NCBI GenBank assembly: GCA_019637975.1
Contig: JAHBUR010000007.1
Location: forward strand, 85,997-149,996
Direction: 5' to 3'
From: Bacteroidota bacterium
GTDB taxonomy: Bacteria; Bacteroidota; Ignavibacteria; UBA10030; UBA6906
DNA length: 64,000 bases
The notes below the pieces were generated by a model. That model made no database searches. It saw nothing but the letters and a program-made list of their open reading frames with translations, and was not told the DNA's origin. The translations under genes and the position numbers were made by a program. The stretch's first letter is position 1; every line of letters starts with the position of its first letter. This document shows positions 37,202 through 47,070 of the stretch, piece by piece.

Positions 37202-38089
37202 ATGAGTGCAATTGCCGAAGACATAACAAAACAGAGTAACACGAGTTTCTACTACTCGTTCTCCGTTTTGCCGCCACACAAGCGTGAGGCAATTCATGCC
37301 GTGTACGCATTCTGCCGCTACACAGATGACATCGTTGATGAAGGCTCCGACGAGACGAAGAAGGTTGTGATGTTGCGGAAATGGCGCATGGAACTTGCCC
37401 GGACGTTGCACGGCGAGTCAAGCGTACCGTTGTTGAATCAGCTTGCCTCAACAGCGCGGCGGTTTAACATTCCGGTTGATCATTTCTACGAACTGATTCG
37501 CGGCGTTGAGATGGATTTGTCGAAGAACCGCTACAATGACTTCAACGAACTGAAAGAGTATTGCTATCTCGTGGCATCGTCTGTCGGGTTGATGTGCAGG
37601 CAAATTTTCGGGTATAGAAACGAATCGACTCGCGACTACGCGATCAATCTTGGTATTGCGCTGCAACTCACCAACATCCTGCGTGATGTGAAGGACGATG
37701 CGAAGCGCGGACGCATCTATATCCCGATCGAAGATATGAAGCTCTTCGGCGTTACGGAAGACGACATTTTGAACGCCCGCTACACACAGAACTTTGCCAA
37801 CCTGATGCGGTTCGAATGCAACCGCGCCCGCGAGTATTTCGATCTCGCCCGCAACGCGTTGAAAGACGAGGACAAGCATTACTTCTTTGCCGCCCGCATC
37901 ATGTGGTCGATTTACGCACATACGCTTCGCAGAATCGAGCGCTCGAACTATAATGTGTTCGAGCGGCGAATCTCCATTTCCAAACCCCTCAAACTGCTCA
38001 TCGCGTTCCGCTATTGGCTGAGCCATCAACTTCAATACGCGCACGAGCCTCGCGCTCCGCGTCATGCACTCTCCATCATTGGATTCTAA
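37202..38089 (+). CDS. hpnD: presqualene diphosphate synthase (squalene/phytoene synthase family)
   Basis: SFYYSFSVLPPHKREAIHAVYAFCRYTDDIVDE matches the SFYY/CR-DD signature. It is the second synthase paralogue in tandem. Confidence 0.75.
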   Translation: MSAIAEDITKQSNTSFYYSFSVLPPHKREAIHAVYAFCRYTDDIVDEGSDETKKVVMLRKWRMELARTLHGESSVPLLNQLASTARRFNIPVDHFYELIRGVEMDLSKNRYNDFNELKEYCYLVASSVGLMCRQIFGYRNESTRDYAINLGIALQLTNILRDVKDDAKRGRIYIPIEDMKLFGVTEDDILNARYTQNFANLMRFECNRAREYFDLARNALKDEDKHYFFAARIMWSIYAHTLRRIERSNYNVFERRISISKPLKLLIAFRYWLSHQLQYAHEPRAPRHALSIIGF

Positions 38090-39431
38090 GCCTGTCGTCA
38101 TTGTCGGCGGCGGGTTAAGCGGACTTGCTGCCGCTGTTGAACTTTCGTCAAGGAACATTCCCGTTGTTGTACTCGAACAGAAGCCCAAGTTGGGCGGTCG
38201 GGCGTATTCGTTTGTTGATGAAACAACCGGCGATGTGATTGACAACGGCCAGCATGTGTTGATTGCGGGGTATGAGAGAACGATGAGATTTCTGGAACGC
38301 ATCGGAACGAAACATCTTCTCACTATTCAGAATCAACCCCTTCTTCATTTTCATCATCCCCGCAGGGGATTCTGTTCATTCCGTATTCCTGATCTTCCGT
38401 CACCATTTCATTTGTTGGCAGGCATTCTCTCGACGGATCTTTTTTCATGGCGGGATAGGCTGAAACTGTTACGCGCCGGCATCTCTCTTCGAACATCTGA
38501 CAATGATTTTTCTCTCGACACAATGACGATCGAGGAGTGGCTTGATGACACCGGTCAGACGGATGAGACGAAACGCTCATTCTGGGAACCGCTTGCAATT
38601 TCTATCATGAACGAACACATTGCCAAAGCCTCTGCGCGTGTCTTCATTGATTCGTTGCGTCATGCATTTCTTGCCGAACGGAAGAACTCGGCCATTGCCA
38701 TCCCGCAAGTCGGGCTAAGCGAATTATATGTTGACGATGCCGTCAGGTTCATTCGTGAACGGGGTGGAGAGATTCGTGTCATCGCCGACGTGCTGCAACT
38801 TGAAGCGTGTGATAGTCGCATCAGTCATGTCAAGACGCGAAGCGGGGCTGATGTAGAATGCTCTGCCGTGATTCTCTCCGTTCCGCATTATAGATTGCCT
38901 GATCTGATGCCTCCTCAACTTCAACCGACAAATCTCACATCGTTTGCCTCCGTGCCCAATACACCTATCGTCTCGATTCATCTTTGGTTTGCGATTGACT
39001 TCATGCCTTATGATATGCTCGGGTTGATCGGGAGACGTGTGCAGTGGGTGTTCAACAAGAGAACGATCAACGAAGAGAAAGGCGAGGGCGGGCATGTATC
39101 GTGTGTGATCAGCGCGGGCGATGAATTCACCGGCATGTCGAGTGACGAGTTGGTGCGGATTGCAGTAGAAGATCTGCAATCTGTCTATCCTTCAGTCCCT
39201 CTCGCGCCTTCACACGGAGTTGTTATCAGAGAGAAGCGAGCGACATTCTCCTGCACTCCCGAAAGCGAGAAGCTTCGTCCCAACCATCAGACAGGAATCG
39301 CCAATCTCTTTCTCGCAGGCGATTGGACGAACACAGGCTTGCCTGCGACGATAGAAGGGGCAATTTTGAGCGGTGAGCGCTGTGCTGCGTTTGCAGCAGA
39401 AGTGTCTCAGTTAAAAGAGTTTCATCTCTGA
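38064..39431 (+). CDS. hpnE: hydroxysqualene dehydroxylase (FAD-dependent amine-oxidase fold)
   Basis: VVIVGGGLSGLAAAVEL dinucleotide-binding motif. Overlaps the hpnD stop. Third gene of the C-D-E set. Confidence 0.75.
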   Translation: MHSPSLDSKPVVIVGGGLSGLAAAVELSSRNIPVVVLEQKPKLGGRAYSFVDETTGDVIDNGQHVLIAGYERTMRFLERIGTKHLLTIQNQPLLHFHHPRRGFCSFRIPDLPSPFHLLAGILSTDLFSWRDRLKLLRAGISLRTSDNDFSLDTMTIEEWLDDTGQTDETKRSFWEPLAISIMNEHIAKASARVFIDSLRHAFLAERKNSAIAIPQVGLSELYVDDAVRFIRERGGEIRVIADVLQLEACDSRISHVKTRSGADVECSAVILSVPHYRLPDLMPPQLQPTNLTSFASVPNTPIVSIHLWFAIDFMPYDMLGLIGRRVQWVFNKRTINEEKGEGGHVSCVISAGDEFTGMSSDELVRIAVEDLQSVYPSVPLAPSHGVVIREKRATFSCTPESEKLRPNHQTGIANLFLAGDWTNTGLPATIEGAILSGERCAAFAAEVSQLKEFHL

Positions 39432-39475
39432 TTCATTGCATTTCGTTCGAGAATCGATTTAATTTATTCCCACAC

Positions 39476-39865
39476 ATGACACATGATGCAATGTTGAAAG
39501 ACAAGCTCGTACTTCTTGTTGATGACGAACCGGGAATGCTGGTGGCCACCAAAGCAGGCCTGACCGAGCGCGGTTTCAAAGTCGAAGCAGCGGAAGGGGC
39601 AGAGCAAGCGATGACGGTGATCAAGTCATTGAATCCAAGCATTGTCGTCTCCGACCTGGTCATGCCCGGAACAAACGGTTTTGAATTGTTCCAGGAAGTG
39701 CGCAAGCAGGCGGATTTCAAATCGTTGCCGTTTGTTTTCCTCACCGGCATTGATGACTACTACGCAAGGAAATTCGGCAAGGAAATCGGCGGTGCGGCAT
39801 ACATCACCAAACCCGTGGATCTCGACGAGCTGGAACAGATCATCAAGGAAAAGATCGGAGAGTAA
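39476..39865 (+). CDS. stand-alone CheY-like response-regulator receiver domain
   Basis: LVLLVDDEPGM...VVSDLVMPGTNG...KPVDLDEL carries the receiver signature residues. Confidence 0.75.
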   Translation: MTHDAMLKDKLVLLVDDEPGMLVATKAGLTERGFKVEAAEGAEQAMTVIKSLNPSIVVSDLVMPGTNGFELFQEVRKQADFKSLPFVFLTGIDDYYARKFGKEIGGAAYITKPVDLDELEQIIKEKIGE

Positions 39866-39929
39866 GAAACGTGTTGTTCGTGCAGATACTGTAACCCAAA
39901 GCCCGTGATGTTGACGGGATTTTTCATTT

Positions 39930-41072
39930 ATGGACAAACAATTAAATAGGATTCATTTTTTAGACATCATGCGGGGCTTCGCCGTCGTTGTGATGGTGAT
40001 GGGGCACAGCATCGATTCCGTATTGTCGCCGGAGGCGCGTGCAACAGTTGCGTTTCGCTGGTACGACATGTTCCGCGGGTTTACCGCTCCGATGTTCCTG
40101 TTTGTTGCCGGCTACGCATTCATAGTTGCTACAGCGAAACGGTGGGAGGACTATCGTACGTTCGGCAAACCGGTTCTGAAGCGATTGTCGCGGGTGGCAT
40201 TGCTTTTTGTAATCGGATACGCTCTTCATTTCCCGTTTTTCTCACTCAGCAAAATTCTGACGAATGCAACATCGCCGGAGTTGGCACAACTGTTTCAGGT
40301 GGACATTCTGCATTGTGTTGCTGCCAGCTTGCTCGCTCTGCATGTTGTCTTGTTGTTGACTCCTTCGCTAAGCACTTTTGTCCACACGATAACTGGTCTG
40401 ACTGCAGGAATAGCGTTAGCGTCTCCGCTCGTGTGGAGCATTGATTTCGCGCCCATCGTGTCGCCTGCGCTGTCGCCGTATTTCAATCAGACCCAGCTTT
40501 CAATGTTTCCGGTGTTTCCGTATGCAGCGTATCTATTCTCCGGTGTTGTGGTGGGATACTACTTTCTTGAAGCACGACGGGCAGAACAGGAAACAGTTTT
40601 TGTCAAGCGCATTTCAGCTCTTGCAATCTGCGCGATCGTGCTGGCGTTTGTCTTCGACCGTACCCCGATTTCATTATACCCCGACCACGACTTCTGGAAA
40701 ACCAGTCCAAATCTGTTCGTCATCCGGATTGGTATCGTGATGTTGGTAACCCTTGTGTTCTATTACATCCGCAGGTTGCCGGAACCGCTCGAGCGAAGCC
40801 TTGTACGCCTTGGGCAGGCATCGCTTATGGTGTACGCCCTTCACCTCGTTGTTGTGTACGGTTCGTCGATGAATAAGGGGCTCTCCCAGCTGATCGGACA
40901 AACGTTACAAGCGCATTACGCTGTCGCAACGGGAGTCTTCGTTCTCGGACTGATGATTGCGGTGGTGTTCGGGTGGAACTATCTCCGCTCACGGCATTTC
41001 ATTCCAACACGCATCATTCAAGTCGGGCTTGGGAGTTCGCTGCTCTACATTTTTGTTTCGCGCCCGTGGTAG
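39930..41072 (+). CDS. DUF1624 (HGSNAT-like acyltransferase) polytopic membrane protein, copy 1
   Basis: RIHFLDIMRGFAVVVMVMGH N-terminal signature followed by about 10 TM helices. Confidence 0.65.
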   Translation: MDKQLNRIHFLDIMRGFAVVVMVMGHSIDSVLSPEARATVAFRWYDMFRGFTAPMFLFVAGYAFIVATAKRWEDYRTFGKPVLKRLSRVALLFVIGYALHFPFFSLSKILTNATSPELAQLFQVDILHCVAASLLALHVVLLLTPSLSTFVHTITGLTAGIALASPLVWSIDFAPIVSPALSPYFNQTQLSMFPVFPYAAYLFSGVVVGYYFLEARRAEQETVFVKRISALAICAIVLAFVFDRTPISLYPDHDFWKTSPNLFVIRIGIVMLVTLVFYYIRRLPEPLERSLVRLGQASLMVYALHLVVVYGSSMNKGLSQLIGQTLQAHYAVATGVFVLGLMIAVVFGWNYLRSRHFIPTRIIQVGLGSSLLYIFVSRPW

Positions 41073-41128
41073 TGTTGCCCGGTATCTCACCTCTGTTGCC
41101 GGGTCTTGTTACGTAATCTCTCACCCTC

Positions 41129-42331
41129 ATGCCTGAATATTCATCTCAAGCATCTTCCCTCAAATCGCGCCGGGTGGAATACATCGACCTGCTGCGTGGC
41201 TGGGCAGTACTCGTCATGATCGAAACCCACGTCATGAATGCGACGTTGGCAAATGAGATTGTCGAAAGCGATTTCTTCCGATGGGTCAAGTTTGCCAACG
41301 GCCTTGTTGCTCCTTCGTTTCTCTTTGCTTCGGGACTCGCCTACGCTGTAACGTCGCGCCGGAAGTTGGGCGACTATCTTTCATTTGGTCCGGGTTTGTA
41401 CAAGCAAATCCGTCGTCTCTTGTTTGTTGTGATGATCGGATACCTGTTGCATATCCCGAAATTCAACTTCAGACAAATCATTGCCGAAACAACCGAGCTC
41501 TCATGGCAGATTTTCTTTCAGGCGGATGTGTTGCAGTGTATCGGTGTGAGCCTGTTATTGATTCAGCTCTTGTTGTTCCTTCTCCGAACCGAGAAACGTT
41601 TGTATGTTGCAGTAACGGGGTTGGCAGTGCTCATCCCGTTTGTCACTCCATTCATTTGGGGTATTGATTTTCGGGAGATTCTCCCGCTTCCTCTTGCCGG
41701 ATACATGAACGGCATTCACTTTCCGCAGTTCCCCGGATTTCCGTTGTTCCCGTGGATGGCATTTCTCTTTGCCGGTGCGGCCTTCGGTTTCTTCTCTCTG
41801 AGGGCGAAAGACGTATCAGTAAATCCCGAATCGAAATACAACGAGAACGCATTGATGAAGCAGGTGCTGTGGATTGCCCCGGTGATGATTGCAGTTTCAA
41901 TCCTCATCGAGCCGCTTGCCGCAACAATCTATCCTTCATACAACTATGGACTTTCGAGCCCGAGTTTTTTCTTTCTGAGATTGGGGATTGTGATGATCCT
42001 TTGTGCGGGATTGTATTTTTATGAGAAGATTGTCGCTGTTTCCCAAAAATCAATCATTACGCTTGTTGGTCGCGAATCGTTGATTGTGTACACGCTGCAT
42101 CTTTTCCTGATCTACGGCGACTTTGGTCCTTATGGTTTCTCAAAAATCGTCAATCATACCTTCGGGTATACAGAAGCCTTGTTCACCACAACCATACTGA
42201 TTGGCATAATGATTCTCGCGGCTCTCTGGTGGAGTTCAATCAGGAAAAAAAAGATACATGTAAAACAACGAATTCAATGGGCCGTTGCCGCCGGAATGGT
42301 GATCGTGTTTTTCTTCGGCCCGAAAGGATGA
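41129..42331 (+). CDS. DUF1624 (HGSNAT-like acyltransferase) polytopic membrane protein, copy 2
   Basis: RVEYIDLLRGWAVLVMIETH. Tandem paralogue of the upstream gene. Confidence 0.65.
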   Translation: MPEYSSQASSLKSRRVEYIDLLRGWAVLVMIETHVMNATLANEIVESDFFRWVKFANGLVAPSFLFASGLAYAVTSRRKLGDYLSFGPGLYKQIRRLLFVVMIGYLLHIPKFNFRQIIAETTELSWQIFFQADVLQCIGVSLLLIQLLLFLLRTEKRLYVAVTGLAVLIPFVTPFIWGIDFREILPLPLAGYMNGIHFPQFPGFPLFPWMAFLFAGAAFGFFSLRAKDVSVNPESKYNENALMKQVLWIAPVMIAVSILIEPLAATIYPSYNYGLSSPSFFFLRLGIVMILCAGLYFYEKIVAVSQKSIITLVGRESLIVYTLHLFLIYGDFGPYGFSKIVNHTFGYTEALFTTTILIGIMILAALWWSSIRKKKIHVKQRIQWAVAAGMVIVFFFGPKG

Positions 42332-42365
42332 TATCCTCATTGCGTAATCACAGAAAGAGCGTGTC

Positions 42366-44183
42366 ATGAAATCAATTGTGTGTTTAATTATCTTCCTCTT
42401 TGTTATGGCTTCATCAGGAATGTCGCAGCGAATATCGCTTGATGGCGAGTGGCTTTTCAAAGTTGATAGCATGAAAGCGGGGGTTGATGCCGGGTGGTAC
42501 AAGCAAACCATCGACCGGTCGGGCTGGCAGACGGTTGAAACTCCGCGGTTCTGGGAGGATTACCCGGGTCTTGCAACATACGACGGCTGGGGTTGGTTTG
42601 CGAGGACAGTTGTTGTACAGCAGCTCGACGAGCCGGTGAGTCTGCACTTTGCCGGCGTGGACGATGATGCAGTTGTGTGGGTCAACGGGATGGAAGTCGG
42701 CGACCACACCGGCTACAGCGATCCTTTTGCGCTTGATGTGAGCAAGGCCCTTCGTGTCGGCGAAAATCTTGTTGTTGTTCTTGTCAAGGATTACGCGGGT
42801 GGCGGCGGAATCTACAAACCGATTACGCTCATCGAAACGAAGAATCTGGATGAATTACTGAAAAGCCCCTACTTCGGAAAGCCCGCTGTGAAAAGCGCTG
42901 ACTGGGTGAAAGATGCATGCATCTATTCGGTGTATCTCAGGTCGTTTTCGAAAGAAGGCGACTTTGCCGGGCTTGAAAAACGGATTCCTGAGTTGAAAGA
43001 GCTGGGCGCCACAGTGTTGTGGCTGATGCCGATTCATCCCGTCGGCGTCAAAAATCGAAAAGGAACTCTCGGCTCTCCGTATGCCATTCGTGACTATTAC
43101 GGCATCAATCCTGAATTCGGATCGATGGAGGATTTCAAGAAACTGCTGGCAACAGTTCATCGTCACGGAATGAAACTGATTATCGATCTCGTTGCGAATC
43201 ATACGGCATGGGACAATCCTCTCATTACCCAACACCCCGAGTGGTATACACGGGATGGCGAAGGGAATATCATCCCACCCAACGATGATTGGACGGATGT
43301 TGCAGACCTCGATTATTCACAACCTGAGCTGCGCACGTACATGATCGGGATGATGAAGTGGTGGGTGAAGGATGTGGGCATTGACGGATTCCGTTGTGAT
43401 GTAGCCGAGCTTGTGCCGACGGATTTCTGGGAGGATGCAAGAAAAGAACTGAACTCAATCAAGTCCGTGATGATGCTGAGTGAAGGAACAATTCCCGAAC
43501 ATCACATGAAGGCGTTCGATATTACGTACGCGTGGAATACGTATGATGTTTTGCAGCCGCTTCTTTCCGGCAAACGCCCGGTTGCTGTTGTAGATGAGTT
43601 ATTCAGAAACGAGTCGCTACAATTCCCCGTCGGGTCATTACGTTTGCGCTTCACTACGAATCACGACAAGAATGCGTGGGATGCTCCGGCAGTAACCTTG
43701 TTTGGTCGGGAGGGGTTGAAACTTGCCACCGTTTTTGTGAATACTATCCAGGGTGTGCCGCTCATCTACAACGGCGAAGAAGTGGCCAACGACAGGAAGT
43801 TGGACTTGTTCGAAAAGGTCGATATTGATTGGAGCAGACCACGTGAAGTTGGCGACATCTACCGCACGCTGTTTCGTCTCAGAAAGCACAACACTGCCCT
43901 GTCACGCGGAAACACGGTTCGGCTGACTACCTCCGGGGAGAATGCGGTGTATGCTTTTGCCCGGGTTTCGGGAAAGGACAAGGTGATTGTTGTGTTGAAC
44001 TTTTCTTCGGCAAGCACATCTGTGCGACTGAAGATTCCAGCAGAGGAACTCTTCGGATTATCAACCACGGTAGCGATGAAAGAACTATTCAGCGGAGAGA
44101 TACATCGGTTCTCACCAAAGCAAGCGGCAGAATTGCCCCTGCATTTGAGTCCCCACGGATACAGAGTCTTTGTAGTCGAATAG
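42366..44183 (+). CDS. secreted GH13 alpha-amylase-family glycosidase with N-terminal GH2_N-like beta-sandwich
   Basis: Signal peptide. GH13 region I LIIDLVANHTA, region II GIDGFRCDVAELVP, region IV FTTNHD. N-terminal WxxVxxPxxW...LHFAGVDDDAVVWVNG sugar-binding fold. Confidence 0.8.
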   Translation: MKSIVCLIIFLFVMASSGMSQRISLDGEWLFKVDSMKAGVDAGWYKQTIDRSGWQTVETPRFWEDYPGLATYDGWGWFARTVVVQQLDEPVSLHFAGVDDDAVVWVNGMEVGDHTGYSDPFALDVSKALRVGENLVVVLVKDYAGGGGIYKPITLIETKNLDELLKSPYFGKPAVKSADWVKDACIYSVYLRSFSKEGDFAGLEKRIPELKELGATVLWLMPIHPVGVKNRKGTLGSPYAIRDYYGINPEFGSMEDFKKLLATVHRHGMKLIIDLVANHTAWDNPLITQHPEWYTRDGEGNIIPPNDDWTDVADLDYSQPELRTYMIGMMKWWVKDVGIDGFRCDVAELVPTDFWEDARKELNSIKSVMMLSEGTIPEHHMKAFDITYAWNTYDVLQPLLSGKRPVAVVDELFRNESLQFPVGSLRLRFTTNHDKNAWDAPAVTLFGREGLKLATVFVNTIQGVPLIYNGEEVANDRKLDLFEKVDIDWSRPREVGDIYRTLFRLRKHNTALSRGNTVRLTTSGENAVYAFARVSGKDKVIVVLNFSSASTSVRLKIPAEELFGLSTTVAMKELFSGEIHRFSPKQAAELPLHLSPHGYRVFVVE

Positions 44184-44237
44184 CAATCCAACAATCAGCA
44201 GGCGGAATGTCTGCCGATAACGCTCCGCCATTATCAA

Positions 44238-45122
44238 TCATTTCATTGCCTTCTTCATTGCGGTTGCTACCTCCTCAATCGTCCATTCGTTACCTGTGAA
44301 ATTCGCGGCAAGCTCACCGTTTTTGCCGATTACGACGGTTCGGAGATTGTGGGCAATCAATCCGCCCTCGTCGTTCTCATACGAAAGGCCGAGTCCGTCT
44401 GCAAGCTTCATAATGTTCCTGCCTGTTGTATCCGGGTCGGTCAGAAAATCCCACGTGGCAAAATCTGCATTGTATGATTTTCCGTAGCTCTTCATCACTT
44501 TCGGAGAATCGAATTTCGGGTCGAAGGAGATGGTGATAAGATGCCATTTGCCGTTGAGGGATTGATCTCGCGCCAGGAGTTTCTGCAGTTTCACAAACTG
44601 GTTACTCATGAGAATGCAGAAATCGGGCAAGGGGCAACGTGAATAAATGAACGTGACCGCAACGGCCTTTCCTCCAAAGTCACTGAACTTCACAGTCCTA
44701 CCGTCCTGATTCATCAAAGCGTAATCGGGCAGCCGATCCCCCGTCTTGAGTATCCGGGCCAGGATTGCGCCTTCAATCAGTTTAGGATCGGGTGGTTCGC
44801 CTTTTCCGACAACTGTAATAGTCTCAAGCCAGCTTTCGGTTCGCGAAACGGCAAGGGTTGCAGTGATTGTATCGCCGACTTCAAGTTCATGAAACAGGTC
44901 GGAATTCTTGATTTTGAACGGCATAGTCATAGCCATCATGTAGTCGGGAATCTCCTCATGAGCGACCATAAGCCTGCTTTTTGCCGTATCGATTTCGACG
45001 ATCTCACCTTTCAAAGGGAAGGTTACCAGGTCGGTTTGCTTATGTTCCTTTCGCGAGCAGGAAATGAGAAGGAATGTGCCGGAGATGATAATCAGCCCCG
45101 TGCGAGTGAATGGTATCTTCAT
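44238..45122 (-). CDS. Sco1/SenC-family thiol-disulfide/copper chaperone lipoprotein with N-terminal Met-rich Cu-binding domain
   Basis: Lipoprotein signal MKIPFTRTGLIIISGTFLLISC. N-terminal domain with MMAMTMPF. Sco1 CxxxC (FIYSRCPLPDFC). Confidence 0.7.
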   Translation of the reverse strand: MKIPFTRTGLIIISGTFLLISCSRKEHKQTDLVTFPLKGEIVEIDTAKSRLMVAHEEIPDYMMAMTMPFKIKNSDLFHELEVGDTITATLAVSRTESWLETITVVGKGEPPDPKLIEGAILARILKTGDRLPDYALMNQDGRTVKFSDFGGKAVAVTFIYSRCPLPDFCILMSNQFVKLQKLLARDQSLNGKWHLITISFDPKFDSPKVMKSYGKSYNADFATWDFLTDPDTTGRNIMKLADGLGLSYENDEGGLIAHNLRTVVIGKNGELAANFTGNEWTIEEVATAMKKAMK

Positions 45123-45446
45123 GGCTCTAAACGAGTTATGTCAATGGATGAAGAGTTGATCTGAGAAACCTTTTCTCAAGAATGAAGATAGACAAACTTT
45201 GGATAGAAGTGTAGATTGCGTGTGACAATTGGGGATAGTTCCAATTCACAGCATGAACAAAATTTCATTTACAAATATTATGCTAAAAAGAGGTTTCATA
45301 ATTGACTGTTTATCGCTTTTTGTTATATTTATTTGCTCAGTTCTTACCCCAAAATTGGCGAGCTATAACCATTTTAGCCCTGCAAACTGGCGAGGTTTGC
45401 AGAAAGGCGTTTCCGGTTTCCGCAAAGTAACCAGCTCTGAAGCCAT

Positions 45447-45519
45447 GCTGGCGTAGCTCAGTTGGTAGAGCAGCTGACTTGTAATCAGCAGGTCACCAGT
45501 TCGACTCTGGTCGCCAGCT
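45447..45519 (+). tRNA. tRNA-Thr(UGU)
   Basis: Cloverleaf with GCTGGCG/CGCCAGC acceptor and anticodon loop CTTGTAA. Confidence 0.9.
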
Positions 45520-45574
45520 CAAGACGAGGAAAAAGTTGTAGCGCGTGTAGGGAAATAAGATGGGGAAGAAGGAC

Positions 45575-45657
45575 GGGCAGGTAGCGAAGCGGTCAAACGC
45601 ATCAGACTGTAAATCTGACGGCCTCGGCCTTCGGAGGTTCGAATCCTTCCCTGCCCA
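45575..45657 (+). tRNA. tRNA-Tyr(GUA)
   Basis: GGGCAGG/CCTGCCC acceptor, anticodon loop CTGTAAA, long variable arm CGGCCTCGGCCTTCG. Confidence 0.9.
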
Positions 45658-45663
45658 CAACAC

Positions 45664-45736
45664 GCGGGAGTAACTCAGTTGGTAGAGTCACAGCCTTCCA
45701 AGCTGTTGGTCGCGGGTTCGAGTCCCGTCTCCCGCT
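45664..45736 (+). tRNA. tRNA-Gly(UCC)
   Basis: GCGGGAG/CTCCCGC acceptor, anticodon loop CTTCCAA. Confidence 0.9.
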
Positions 45737-45766
45737 CAGCCTGTGTGAAGTAATCGCTGAAACTGT

Positions 45767-45839
<73 letters not shown>

Positions 45840-45871
45840 CGAGGAACCTAAACAAAACTTTGGAGTATGTT

Positions 45872-46021
45872 GTGAGAGATATTATCACGCTTGAATGTTC
45901 AGAGTGTAAGCGCCGGAACTATACAACAACGAAGAACAAGAAGAAGCAGTCAGGTCGCGTTGAGTATAAGAAATTCTGCCGTTTCTGTGCGAAGCACACT
46001 CCGCACAAAGAGACCAAGTAG
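45872..46021 (+). CDS. rpmG: 50S ribosomal protein L33
   Basis: 49 aa, [52 protein letters not shown] start 7 nt after GGAG. The ORF-track 5' extension runs back into tRNA-Thr. Confidence 0.85.
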   Translation: MRDIITLECSECKRRNYTTTKNKKKQSGRVEYKKFCRFCAKHTPHKETK

Positions 46022-46046
46022 TTGCGTTTGCTGGAGAGTTGTGCAT

Positions 46047-46120
46047 ACGTCAGTAGCTCAATTGGCTAGAGCAGCGGTCTCCAAAACCGCAGGTTGGGGG
46101 TTCGAGTCCCTCCTGACGTG
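46047..46120 (+). tRNA. tRNA-Trp(CCA)
   Basis: ACGTCAG/CTGACGT acceptor, anticodon loop CTCCAAA. Confidence 0.9.
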
Positions 46121-46310
46121 CAAGGTATGATGAGGTGTGCTGTATTCACGGAGAGAGAGTTTCAAGGAGCAGGCGGGTTTCGGATTCCTGCATGCGGTAA
46201 GCGTCTGACAGACAAGAGTTCAATTGCTGAGAATGGTCGGGCGTCCAGTCCTTCCTCCATCATCACTCGTTGCGAACTCACAAGTATTGCCATTTGATGA
46301 AGACACAGGT

Positions 46311-46496
46311 ATGAAAGAAAAAATTATTGCCTTCTTCGAAGACGTTGTCAAGGAGATGAAAAAAGTCACGTGGCCGAAGAAAGAAGAGTTGCGTGATTCG
46401 ACAGTTATTGTCCTCGTAGTGTGCTTGATCGTTGCGGCATTCGTGTATGTTATCGACCAGGGCGTGAGCTTCGTCCTGAAGGCCATCCTATCATAA
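46311..46496 (+). CDS. secE: preprotein translocase subunit SecE
   Basis: 61 aa with a single C-terminal TM helix (VIVLVVCLIVAAFVYVI). Canonical position before nusG. Confidence 0.85.
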   Translation: MKEKIIAFFEDVVKEMKKVTWPKKEELRDSTVIVLVVCLIVAAFVYVIDQGVSFVLKAILS

Positions 46497-46506
46497 GGTG
46501 AGATAG

Positions 46507-47040
46507 TTGGAAAAAAAATGGTACGTGGTCCGAACGTATTCGGGTCACGAAAACAAAGTCAAGGCCTATATCGAGAATGAAATCTCCCAGGCGGGTTTGG
46601 TGGAACGCGTCGGTTCGGTTATTGTTCCGTCGGAAAAAGTGTTCGAGGTGAAAGATGGCAAGAAGAAGAGCAAGACCCGTACATTCTTCCCCGGCTATAT
46701 TCTCGTTGAGGCGGTACTCGACACGCAGGTCACGCATATCATTCTGAATACGCCTTCCGTGATCAGCTTTGTCGGACCGAAGAATGCACCCGCGCCGCTG
46801 CAACCCGCGGAAGTCAAACGGCTCATAGGAAAGATTGAAGCGAAGAAGGATGTTGAAGTGATGGAGGTGCCGTTCAAAGCCGGTGACGCAGTAAAGGTAA
46901 CCGATGGGCCGTTCAACAACTTTACCGGCTTTGTCCAGGAAGTGAATGAGGAAAAGATGAAGCTGAAAGTCATGGTTTCCATCTTCGGAAGAAAAACACC
47001 CGTGGAACTTGACTTCAGCCAGGTGGAAGCAGAAAAGTAA
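46507..47040 (+). CDS. nusG: transcription termination/antitermination factor NusG
   Basis: KWYVVRTYSGHENKV NGN domain and C-terminal KOW (FKAGDAVKVTDGPFNNFTGFVQEV). TTG start. Confidence 0.9.
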   Translation: MEKKWYVVRTYSGHENKVKAYIENEISQAGLVERVGSVIVPSEKVFEVKDGKKKSKTRTFFPGYILVEAVLDTQVTHIILNTPSVISFVGPKNAPAPLQPAEVKRLIGKIEAKKDVEVMEVPFKAGDAVKVTDGPFNNFTGFVQEVNEEKMKLKVMVSIFGRKTPVELDFSQVEAEK

Positions 47041-47070
47041 TTCTCAACGATCAGTTAGAAAGATCATGAC

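Noticed and set aside
45229-45456. 75-aa ORF upstream of the tRNA array
   Set aside because: Lies in an AT-rich promoter-like region, has no RBS and a low-complexity product, and ends inside tRNA-Thr.
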